64,000 nt of DNA. Origin: Nitrososphaerota archaeon. GTDB taxonomy: Archaea; Thermoproteota; EX4484-205; JAAOZP01. This document shows, piece after piece, positions 55,810 through 64,000 of the stretch. A program made the translations under genes and the position numbers. Location: assembly GCA_011605725.1 (NCBI GenBank), contig JAAOZP010000017.1, positions 224,001 to 288,000 on the forward strand, read 5' to 3'. The notes under the pieces are model-generated. The model did not search any database. It was not told where the DNA came from and worked only from the letters and a program-made list of their open reading frames with translations. Every line of letters starts with the position of its first letter. Position 1 is the stretch's first letter.

Positions 55810-56559
55810 CTAGACAAGGCTCTGCTCCGTCATGGGTGGCAGGCTTCTCATCCTCCTTATCTCATCGTCAGTCCTCCTCATGAGCTCCCTATACTGCATC
55901 CTGATCTCCTCGGCGGAAGCTATTAATGAATCCACCTCCACCTTCTCTAAGCCTATTTGCGGCAGCAGTGTTAAAACCTTTGCTGCCGAGCCAGGGTCAG
56001 GATAGTTCAAGTACGACTGGACGAAAAGCCCGAGCCCATTCATACCGAGTCTTTCAAGCCTCTTAAGGATAAGTGCTTTCGGCCCGAAGAGCAACCCGTC
56101 TCGCAAGATCTCTACATCCTTCATTTTCGAGGCAATCTTTAAGGCTTCCTCGCTTGTCGGCACGGCGTAAACCTTAGGATCCGTTATGTCTATCCTGTAT
56201 GGGTGCGGTATTCCACCTAGGCTTAGAAACAGCCTCGGGTTCTTGCTTTTAACCCAGTCCACTATTTGCCCCACTATGTCGTAAACCCCTTCCTGAGGTA
56301 TTGGAAGCTCAGACCTTAGAATGTAGACATTATCCTTATAGTATATTTCGAACACATCCATAATCTTCCCGTTTCTCATCACCAGCATCGGTGGGAAATC
56401 ATCAGTCTCAAGATACCCTGTTTTCTCAAAACCAAGTTTCGAAAGATAGTGGCTGAGCGATATTGTTCCGACAAGACCCGTATCTGGAATACCTTCAAGT
56501 ATCAACGGCCTGTCGAAAACCGTTTTAACCTCTTCGATAATCATGCTCCTACCAGCCAT
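55810..56559 (-). CDS. Proteasome assembly chaperone (PAC2) family protein
   Basis: GIPDTGLVGTI, SLGG and YPDPGSAA motifs. Confidence 0.85.
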   Translation of the reverse strand: MAGRSMIIEEVKTVFDRPLILEGIPDTGLVGTISLSHYLSKLGFEKTGYLETDDFPPMLVMRNGKIMDVFEIYYKDNVYILRSELPIPQEGVYDIVGQIVDWVKSKNPRLFLSLGGIPHPYRIDITDPKVYAVPTSEEALKIASKMKDVEILRDGLLFGPKALILKRLERLGMNGLGLFVQSYLNYPDPGSAAKVLTLLPQIGLEKVEVDSLIASAEEIRMQYRELMRRTDDEIRRMRSLPPMTEQSLV

Positions 56560-56597
56560 CTTGCAATACTTATTTCCCCAGGGAGTGTTAAAAAGCT

Positions 56598-57989
56598 TTA
56601 ACCCCGGTTTTCAGGCTCCACATGAATAATTACTTCAACTTTTCCTCCAAGAACGTGTTCAACACGGTGCTCCAGCCTGGAAGCCGCTTCATGAGCCTCC
56701 GCCATGCTCCTACCACCCTCCATGCTGACTGTGAGCTCAATCCTGTTTAAACCGGAGGCTTCTCTAAAAACCCTTATCCTCCTAATTCCTTTAACAGTGT
56801 GAAACTGCTTAACCTCCTCTTCAACAGCCTGTTTAACCTTAAGGTATAGAGAGGAGTTTGAGCCGATTGTCCTGATCGGTGTGACTGCTGAGCCAGCTGT
56901 TTCAACATGAACCATTACGCTGCCAACGTTCTCAACATCTTTCAAAACGTTCCTCTCGACTTCGTCAGCAATCCTGTGGGCTTCAGAAAGACTCATCTCT
57001 CCAGGGACCTCTATGTGCAGTGACACGAACAGTTTACCGTCTGACTGTGAAACAAGAATATCGTGAACGTTCAGAACACCCTTGACTCTCATAACCGAGT
57101 CCTTAACGACTCCACGAAGGCCTTCGGAACCCTTTGGAAGACCATGTACTCTAACAATCACATCCCCCTCAACAATCCTGGAGATTTTATCCTCAACATT
57201 CTTAACGCTCTTCTGAATGCTTGAAACACTGCTCTCCACGGGGACGACCGCGCCGACGTCGACATACGTCTTCCTGTCAAGCCTCCTTACGTTCAAGTAT
57301 GAAACTCCGTCAGCACCATACTCTTCCTCAACAATCCTTCTTATTCTCCTCACCATGGCTGGCGAGACAGTGTCCGTTAGCTCAAGCCCAGTTTCATAGA
57401 GCAGTCTACCGCTGAGATAAACCATCATGGCTGCGAGCAGGATGCCTGCAACAGCGTCTGCATAACTCATGTTGAAGTATCCTGCAAGAACGAAACCGAG
57501 GATAGCCACGATAGTGTCGAAGAAATCAGCCAGCGAGTGAAACAGGCCTGCCTTAACGCTGGACTCGCCTCCGCCTGGAGCCTTTGAAAGCAGGATGATC
57601 CTGGCGAAATCCACGGTTAACGTGTAGGCGAGCGCCAGTACTCCTACTAACCCGGGGTAGACTGGAGACGGGTTGAAGAGTCTTTCGAAGCTTCTCATGA
57701 GAAGCTGGATGACAAGGTAGATGAGCGCGATGCCGCTTGTGAAAGCTCCTAGCGTCTTTATCCTGCTATGGCCGTAAGTATGGCTCTCATCCGCAGGCTT
57801 AAGGCTGACCCTGTAGGTTATGAAAAGCATCCCGGTTATTAGGAAATCATACGCTGCGTGAATCCCGTCTCCGAGAACCGCTAGGCTGTTAGTGAGAATT
57901 CCTGCAGAAACCTCGAGAAGCATTACTGAGCCTATTAGGCATGTGGATGCTAGCTGTGTGTTCAGTATTTTCTCTTCAGATTCTTTCAA
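56598..57989 (-). CDS. Cation diffusion facilitator transporter with repeated C-terminal dimerization domains
   Basis: GDGIHAAYD, PADESHTYGH and HSLAD motifs. Three ZT-dimer-like repeats (EAH..A..VE...VHVE). Confidence 0.88.
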   Translation of the reverse strand: MKESEEKILNTQLASTCLIGSVMLLEVSAGILTNSLAVLGDGIHAAYDFLITGMLFITYRVSLKPADESHTYGHSRIKTLGAFTSGIALIYLVIQLLMRSFERLFNPSPVYPGLVGVLALAYTLTVDFARIILLSKAPGGGESSVKAGLFHSLADFFDTIVAILGFVLAGYFNMSYADAVAGILLAAMMVYLSGRLLYETGLELTDTVSPAMVRRIRRIVEEEYGADGVSYLNVRRLDRKTYVDVGAVVPVESSVSSIQKSVKNVEDKISRIVEGDVIVRVHGLPKGSEGLRGVVKDSVMRVKGVLNVHDILVSQSDGKLFVSLHIEVPGEMSLSEAHRIADEVERNVLKDVENVGSVMVHVETAGSAVTPIRTIGSNSSLYLKVKQAVEEEVKQFHTVKGIRRIRVFREASGLNRIELTVSMEGGRSMAEAHEAASRLEHRVEHVLGGKVEVIIHVEPENRG

Positions 57990-58079
57990 ACTCCCTGTTG
58001 AAACGGGGCTTTGAAAAGCTGCTTTTAAGCTTATGCTTCTTTTAAAAACTTAAAACCCGTATCCCAGTCTGTCTCCGCC

Positions 58080-58781
58080 ATGTTTCCAACCGGGGATGAG
58101 ACTAGGCGTTACACTCATCCAATCATAGTATACATGCTGATAGGCTTTAACACCGGTGTCTTCATCCTCGAGTTTTCAGACCCATGGGCTTACGAGCTCA
58201 TGATACTGCAATACGGCTTTATACCTAGGCTTCTGACGCTCGACCCTTTAGAGGGAGTGTTAAGGATGTTTACATCCATGTTTCTCCACGCAGATGTTCT
58301 ACACATCTTCGGCAACATGCTTTTCCTCTACGTTTTTGGAGACAATGTGGAGGACAGGATGGGGCACGTCAAGTTTCTGTTTTTCTATCTTTTCTCCGGC
58401 TTTGCCGCGAGCCTAGCTCACTTCATGATCGACCCTTTTTCAATGGTTCCCGCCATAGGGGCTTCCGGCGCCATCTCCGGCGTCATGGGTGCATACATGG
58501 TTATGTTTCCCTTCGCCAGGGTACGGGTTTTCTACCGTTTCTTCATGGTGAGGCTTCCCGCTGTTGTCTACTTGGGATTCTGGTTCCTGATGCAGCTTTT
58601 CGAAAGCATGCTTCCGGAATACGTTGGAATCGCTTATTGGGCTCATATCGGCGGGTTTATCACTGGAGTAATCGTGGCGCTGCTCTTCTTCAGAAAGGAG
58701 CGTAAACGTCCAGTTGCCCAATACTCCTATTACTACAGTTACTCTACACTACACTGTCAATACCCGGCGGGATATTGGTGA
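58080..58781 (+). CDS. Rhomboid intramembrane serine protease
   Basis: HIFGNM, GASGAISG and AHIGG motifs. Confidence 0.93.
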   Translation: MFPTGDETRRYTHPIIVYMLIGFNTGVFILEFSDPWAYELMILQYGFIPRLLTLDPLEGVLRMFTSMFLHADVLHIFGNMLFLYVFGDNVEDRMGHVKFLFFYLFSGFAASLAHFMIDPFSMVPAIGASGAISGVMGAYMVMFPFARVRVFYRFFMVRLPAVVYLGFWFLMQLFESMLPEYVGIAYWAHIGGFITGVIVALLFFRKERKRPVAQYSYYYSYSTLHCQYPAGYW

Positions 58782-58999
58782 AAGAATTAGAATCATAGAC
58801 TTTCCTTGGGTGCTGGGGCGAGAACAGTAATAGTGAATCCAGGTATCACTCCTATTCTTACGGTTTTTCTGTGAAAACCATATTTTTCCTTAGACGCGAG
58901 TCCGAATCGTCAGATGCTTCTCCGTTGAACCCTCCCAATATTCATCCCAGTGTACTTGCGAACTAGCTTATCGTAAGCCGGCTTCAGCCCGTGGGCTTA

Positions 59000-60001
59000 C
59001 TAACAAATCCTTGGCAACGGTATTCCATGAAGCATGGGTAGGATTCTAACCCCTCCTGCCCTCGTTAAAAGCCTAACCTCGCCAGTCTTAGATCTTCCAG
59101 AGACTCTGCCTATTACACAGGCTTCTCTACTGACCTCAAGCCTTTTCAAAGCCCTTATTGTTTCCTCAGCGTAGCGTCGCGGCGTGAATATGATGAGCCT
59201 GCCTTCGCATCCAAGGTAAAGCGGGTCTATGCCTAGAACCTCGCAGAAGCCTAAAACACTCTCCTTGAACGGTATTTTCTCCTCCTCTACTTCTATCACG
59301 ACCCTAGAGGATTCCGCAACCTCGTTAAGCGAGGTCGCTAAGCCTCCTCTAGTAGGATCTATGAGAGTATGTACAATTATTCCCTTCTTGACGATCGTTT
59401 CCAGAATGCTCGTTAATGGAGCGCAGTCGCTCAAAACATCCGTCTCCAGTTGAAATTCTCCTCTTGCAGCAAGCACAGCAGCCCCATGGTCTCCAACACT
59501 TCCAGTTACAATAATAGTGTCCCCAGGCCTCGCATTCAACGTTGAAACCCTGATGCCCGGGTATACTCTTCCAACACCTGAAGTGTTTATGAAGATCCTA
59601 TCGCACCCTCCCTTCTCAACAACCTTCACGTCTCCAGTCGCTATCTTAACTCCAGCCTTCTCAGCAGCCTCCCCGACGCTTCCAATAATCCTTCTGAGAA
59701 AATCCTCCTCCAACCCTTCCTCCATTATCAGCGACAGGCTCAGGTATTTGGGCTTAGCCCCCATTGTGACAAGATCGTTCACAGTACCGTTGACTGACAA
59801 CATCCCTATGTCGCAACCCTTGACTACAGGAGGCTTCATGACGAAGGAATCAGTTGTGAAAGCAATCCTGCCGCCGCGCGTCTTAAACACAGCCTTGTCA
59901 ACACCCCTGCTGTCAATGTTAAGCCTGCCGGATATTTCTCTGATAAGCTCGTGCATCAGCCTTCCGCCGGCACCATGCTCCAAGATTATTCTCCCGCTCA
60001 T
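59000..60001 (-). CDS. hypE: [NiFe]-hydrogenase maturation protein HypE
   Basis: HGAGG, GTVND and DPTRGG motifs, with C-terminal PRIC. Confidence 0.95.
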   Translation of the reverse strand: MSGRIILEHGAGGRLMHELIREISGRLNIDSRGVDKAVFKTRGGRIAFTTDSFVMKPPVVKGCDIGMLSVNGTVNDLVTMGAKPKYLSLSLIMEEGLEEDFLRRIIGSVGEAAEKAGVKIATGDVKVVEKGGCDRIFINTSGVGRVYPGIRVSTLNARPGDTIIVTGSVGDHGAAVLAARGEFQLETDVLSDCAPLTSILETIVKKGIIVHTLIDPTRGGLATSLNEVAESSRVVIEVEEEKIPFKESVLGFCEVLGIDPLYLGCEGRLIIFTPRRYAEETIRALKRLEVSREACVIGRVSGRSKTGEVRLLTRAGGVRILPMLHGIPLPRIC

Positions 60002-60004
60002 TTC

Positions 60005-61093
60005 TCACAACCCCGCGTAGAAGTATGCGGCGCACGTGCCTTCAGATGAAACCATGCATGGGCCAATAGGGTTGTCGGGTCTACAGGCTTTTCTATAGAG
60101 GCTGCATTCAAACGGTTTTCGACTCCCCCTGACGACTTCTCCGCAGAGGCATCCATCAGGCTTAACGGTTTTAACTGGTTTCAAGCCATATTCTTCAACA
60201 GCGTCGAAAGACCTAAACTCCTCCCTTAAAGCCAGGCCGCTTCCCTCTATGAATCCGAGGCCACGCCACTCGGAGTCAACCTGCTTGAAAACCTCGCGCA
60301 TAAGCCTAACCGCCTTAACGTTTCCCTCGTACCTGACAGTCCTCGAGTATTCGTTCTCAACCTCACTCCTTTTTTCAGCAAGCTGCTTCAGTATCATGCG
60401 TATCGCCTCCACGATGTCAACAGGTTCGAAACCGGTTACGACAGCTGGAACACTGTGTTTCCGCACGATTTCAACATAGGGTTTAACGCCTATTATCGTG
60501 CTCACGTGACCCGGAAGCATCAGTCCGTCTATATTAAGATCCTCAGCCTCAAGAAGCCTGTTTAAAGCAGGCGGCATCAGTTTGAAGAGACTTATCAGCC
60601 TAAGATTCCTAATCCCTCTGCTTCTACACTGAAGTATGGTTGAGGCGAAAAGGGGGGAAGTGGTTTCGAAGCCTATTCCCGCCATGACGAATTCCCTTTC
60701 AGGTTCCTTCTCAGCCATTCTAAGAGCATCATAAGGAGAGTAAATAACTCTCACGTCGAGCCCCTCGCCCCTAAGGTTTAACAGGCTCCTGCCGTTAACA
60801 GGAACCCTCATCATGTCTCCGAAAGTAGCTATGGTCTTACCTGCTTCAGCGGCTTGAAAAAGCATTGAGAACCCTGAATCGGGCGTAACGCAGACGGGGC
60901 AGCCTGGGCCAGATATAAGGTCGAGACTATCCTTGAAAAGACTCTTTAAACCATGCCTCGCAACAGTCATCGTGTGCGTCCCACAAACCTCCATTATCTT
61001 GACTTCTCTACCAAGTCTCTCAAGAAGCTCGTTAGCCTTACCAGCTATCCTCCTGACGAGTTCTCCATCCCTATACTCTTGCATGAACCTCAT
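60005..61093 (-). CDS. hypD: [NiFe]-hydrogenase maturation protein HypD
   Basis: MEVCGTH, GPGCPVC, GFETT, PGHVS and CMVSSEGTC motifs. Confidence 0.95.
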   Translation of the reverse strand: MRFMQEYRDGELVRRIAGKANELLERLGREVKIMEVCGTHTMTVARHGLKSLFKDSLDLISGPGCPVCVTPDSGFSMLFQAAEAGKTIATFGDMMRVPVNGRSLLNLRGEGLDVRVIYSPYDALRMAEKEPEREFVMAGIGFETTSPLFASTILQCRSRGIRNLRLISLFKLMPPALNRLLEAEDLNIDGLMLPGHVSTIIGVKPYVEIVRKHSVPAVVTGFEPVDIVEAIRMILKQLAEKRSEVENEYSRTVRYEGNVKAVRLMREVFKQVDSEWRGLGFIEGSGLALREEFRSFDAVEEYGLKPVKTVKPDGCLCGEVVRGSRKPFECSLYRKACRPDNPIGPCMVSSEGTCAAYFYAGL

Positions 61094-61305
61094 TCTTTAA
61101 ACATCTCCCTAAGCGCCTCCAGCATTTCTAGAGCTGTTTTCTGGTCGAGAACCTCTATGGCGAAGCCAGCGTGAACAATAACATAGTCTCCGACGGAAAT
61201 ATTGTCGACAAGGTCAAGCCTCACGCTCCTACGTGTACCCCCGAACGAGACAATAGCCTCCTCTCCCTTAACCTCCTCAACTCTTCCAGGTATGCCGAGG
61301 CACAA
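61090..61305 (-). CDS. hypC: [NiFe]-hydrogenase maturation chaperone HypC
   Basis: MCLGIPG N-terminus and VGDYVIVHAGFA motif. Confidence 0.95.
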   Translation of the reverse strand: MCLGIPGRVEEVKGEEAIVSFGGTRRSVRLDLVDNISVGDYVIVHAGFAIEVLDQKTALEMLEALREMFKE

Positions 61306-61306
61306 A

Positions 61307-63583
61307 TCACTCCTCCTCCATCAGGCTGCTCGCAACAGCTTGCCCTAGGGATATTCCACCGTCGTTAGTCGGAACAATATTGTTGAAAAAGGCTTGGAAA
61401 CCTTTTTCCTCAGCTAAACGTTTAACCCTTGAGGAAAGTATCCTGTTCTGAAACACTCCTCCAGTTAAAACAACCGTGTCAACTCCCTCTTCAAGCCTTA
61501 TGGTGTCCGCCAGCTCGACAGTGAGCCTGGCGATGGTTTCGTGAAACCTTTGGCTGATTGTTTTAACCGGAGTATTGTCCTTAAGGTCTTCAACTATTGA
61601 GCGTATAATTGGAGCAGTGTCCACAACATACTCTTTCACACCCGTAATTTTAAACGGGTAGGCTCCTCTATCGACTCCTCCAGCAACCATCTCAAGCATT
61701 ACAGCCGGCTCCCCTTCAAAGGTTCTTGTTAAACATATTCCTAAAAGAGCTGAGACAGCGTCGAACATTCTTCCTAATCCGCACGTCATAGGAGTGTTAA
61801 TTCCCCTATCAATCATCCTCTTCAAAAACGTTTTAGCTTTCTCGCTCAGCCCAATGTTGATCTTTAAAGCATCCTCGCCCATTGAATCGTAAAGATAGCT
61901 GAAGGCCATTCTTGCAGGCTCCATAATAGCCTTCTCGCCCCCAGGCATGGGAACATATTTAAAATGGCCCCTCCTAACATATTCCCCTCTCCTAACGACT
62001 AGAAACTCCGACCCCCAGAGGCTCCCGTCCTCCCCGTAGCCTGTCCCGTCGAAAGCTATCCCCAAGACTTCTAAACCCAGGATGTTGTTCTCAGCCATTG
62101 CTGAGACAACATGAGCGTAATGATGCTGAACAGCTGTCTTCTCCCCGTCTAGCGAAGCTCCTATTTGAGTCGAGTAGTACGCTGGGTGAAGGTCGTGGGC
62201 GATCCTGCTGTACTTCAGGTTTAAAAGCCGCTGCATACTTCTAATCGCCTCAAGATACCTTCTCCTGATTAACATGTTCTCCAGATCACCCATATACTGG
62301 CTCATGAAAACCCTGCCTTTTTTCGCTAAAGCGAAAGTATTGTTCAGGTCAGCCCCCATCGCGAGCACACCGTCTACTCTAGGCTCAACCTCAACGGGTT
62401 CAGGCACGAAGCCCCGGCTCCTCCTGACTAGTCTAAGCCTGCCGTCTTGAACGAATCCTACCGAGTCGTCAGCGAAATTAACAATCCTACGGTTATAGGT
62501 GAGAACATAGTCAGCCATATTCTTAAACTTCTTAAACGCTTCACCGTCCCTGAAAACTATCGGCTCTTCAGAAATATTCCCACTCGTCAAAACTATTGCA
62601 GGAGGCTCGATGTTCCTCATGAGAATATGGTGTATCGGCGTATAGGGTAGGAAGACTCCGAGATACCTCATTCCCGGGGCAACCTCTTCGACAACAGGGT
62701 TCGGCTCTCTCTTTTTTGCGAGAATAATCGGGGCGGAATAATGAGTAAGCCATTCTCTCTCAGAATCGTTAAGCTCAACAATACCCTCAGCCTCCTTAAT
62801 ACTCTTAACCATTATGGCGAAAGGCTTATTGCCCCTTCTCTTCCTCCTTCTTAGCTCCAGGACGCTGCTCCTCCTAGTAGCGTCGCAGGCAAGGTGGAAA
62901 CCGCCATACCCTTTAACTGCAACTATGAAGCCACTGTTTATCAGTCTAGCCGCCTCGGAAATAGGGTTTTCAACCTTAATAGGCTTGTCCCCCTGGTAGA
63001 GCCTAACCGTCGGCCCACACCTGCTGCAAGCATTGGGCTCAGCCTTAAACCTTCTGCACGATGGTTCAGAATACTCCTTCTCGCAATCTCTACACATCTT
63101 GAACTTTCTCATACTCGTGTTAACCCTGTCATAAGGCAGTTTCTCAAGTATCGTGAATCGGGGACCGCAGTTTATGCAGTTTATGAACGGGTATAGGTAT
63201 CTCCTATCCTTAGGGTTAAACAGCTCGTTTAAACAATCTTTGCAGACAGCTACGTCAGGTGGGCAAAGCGTCTCAACCTCCTCACTAATTGTCTGCTCAA
63301 CCCTGAACTCTCTGTAGCCTCTCGGAGTTATCCTGGTGCAGGAGAATGTTTTAACAACAGCTCTAGGAGGCTTCTCAACCCTAAGCTTCTCCACGAAGCG
63401 TATACAATCCTCAGGTTTCCCCTCCACCTCTATTATTACACCGTTGCCGGAGTTTAATACGAAACCATTCAGGCCCAGGCTGCTAGCAATACGGTAGACG
63501 AAAGGCCTGTATCCAACTCCCTGCACAATACCGTTTATGTTAATCCGGTATGCTGCCACCTCCTCCGGCTTCTGACTGGGCAT
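61307..63583 (-). CDS. hypF: Carbamoyltransferase HypF
   Basis: GIVQGVGYRP acylphosphatase domain, Zn fingers, HDLHP, QHHYAH, DGTGYG and NDGGISLGQ motifs. Confidence 0.95.
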   Translation of the reverse strand: MPSQKPEEVAAYRININGIVQGVGYRPFVYRIASSLGLNGFVLNSGNGVIIEVEGKPEDCIRFVEKLRVEKPPRAVVKTFSCTRITPRGYREFRVEQTISEEVETLCPPDVAVCKDCLNELFNPKDRRYLYPFINCINCGPRFTILEKLPYDRVNTSMRKFKMCRDCEKEYSEPSCRRFKAEPNACSRCGPTVRLYQGDKPIKVENPISEAARLINSGFIVAVKGYGGFHLACDATRRSSVLELRRRKRRGNKPFAIMVKSIKEAEGIVELNDSEREWLTHYSAPIILAKKREPNPVVEEVAPGMRYLGVFLPYTPIHHILMRNIEPPAIVLTSGNISEEPIVFRDGEAFKKFKNMADYVLTYNRRIVNFADDSVGFVQDGRLRLVRRSRGFVPEPVEVEPRVDGVLAMGADLNNTFALAKKGRVFMSQYMGDLENMLIRRRYLEAIRSMQRLLNLKYSRIAHDLHPAYYSTQIGASLDGEKTAVQHHYAHVVSAMAENNILGLEVLGIAFDGTGYGEDGSLWGSEFLVVRRGEYVRRGHFKYVPMPGGEKAIMEPARMAFSYLYDSMGEDALKINIGLSEKAKTFLKRMIDRGINTPMTCGLGRMFDAVSALLGICLTRTFEGEPAVMLEMVAGGVDRGAYPFKITGVKEYVVDTAPIIRSIVEDLKDNTPVKTISQRFHETIARLTVELADTIRLEEGVDTVVLTGGVFQNRILSSRVKRLAEEKGFQAFFNNIVPTNDGGISLGQAVASSLMEEE

Positions 63584-63775
63584 TTAATTTTCCGAAGCAT
63601 TTTACAACAGGATATAAATACGTTTTCTCCGAAATCACTAGTCCGCTCCTGTTTAAAAAGGCTTCAACAAGCATAGTATCAGGGATCATTCATTTTTAAA
63701 AGCGTATCCCCGGGTGCTTAAAGACGCTTGCACACTGCTTGTGGCTAACAGGGGGCTTCCAGACATTTAAAAATA

Positions 63776-64000
63776 TTAAATTGCGAGTAGACTGACCAGC
63801 CTATACTTCTCCTCATCTATCTTTTTAATGCTGGCGTACGAGTCCAGTAGGCTAATGTCCACAACTCTATTATCCCTCAGGCCTACAAGCCTATTCTTCT
63901 TACCTTCAGAAATCAGTTTAACAGCATGGTTTCCGAAGAGGCAGGCTAGGGTTCTCGACCTTGCCGACGGCACCCCGCCCCTTTGAATATGGCCCAGCAC
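63776..64000 (-). CDS. pfkA: PfkA-family 6-phosphofructokinase, C-terminal part (gene begins beyond the window)
   Basis: LGHIQRGGVPSARSRTLACLFG matches the PfkA C-terminal LGHxQRGGxP motif. Confidence 0.85.
   Translation of the reverse strand: MLGHIQRGGVPSARSRTLACLFGNHAVKLISEGKKNRLVGLRDNRVVDISLLDSYASIKKIDEEKYRLVSLLAI

Noticed and set aside
58700-58781. Tyr-rich C-terminal tail of the rhomboid protease
   Set aside because: Short low-complexity tail with no evidence of a distinct function.
366-63196. Many 60-190 aa ORFs antisense to or overlapping recognized genes (e.g. 3080..3454, 16105..16662, 31236..31805, 35137..35679, 59517..60020)
   Set aside because: Shadow ORFs of well-supported genes. 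They are Ser/Pro/Leu-rich reverse translations with no motifs.

Overview
This is a gene-dense archaeal chromosomal segment of roughly 45-50% GC (visual estimate), with frequent TTG/GTG starts and TATA boxes about 25-30 bp upstream of many start codons. Gene content and an intron-containing tRNA suggest an anaerobic TACK-type archaeon such as Brockarchaeota or Bathyarchaeia (inference). In order, it holds: a type IV pilus locus (TadC/FlaJ-like platform, two class III signal-peptide pilins, assembly ATPase, two A24 prepilin peptidases); polyamine genes (pdaD, speB); peroxiredoxin; PHP and DHH phosphoesterases; HtrA; a tungsten AOR operon back-to-back with an FwdF-like polyferredoxin and an HdrA-MvhD fusion; an HTH-MNT/HEPN toxin-antitoxin pair; lysA; tldD/tldE; an SppA fusion; two purP paralogs; a K+-independent H+-PPase; two convergent type IIA P-type ATPases; ppcA; a purC/sulfatase broken junction; tRNA-Arg(TCG) with a non-canonical 29/30 intron; metG, valS and cysS; an oxidative-stress cluster; nre-hsp20-PAC2-CDF; a rhomboid protease; hypFCDE; and the 3' end of a PfkA-family phosphofructokinase. 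The best leads are a possible AOR-polyferredoxin-HdrA/MvhD electron-bifurcating module, and an unannotated 18-aa lysine-rich peptide gene with its own promoter and terminator. No CRISPR array, transposase or integrase was seen. All assignments come from motif recognition by eye; no searches were run.
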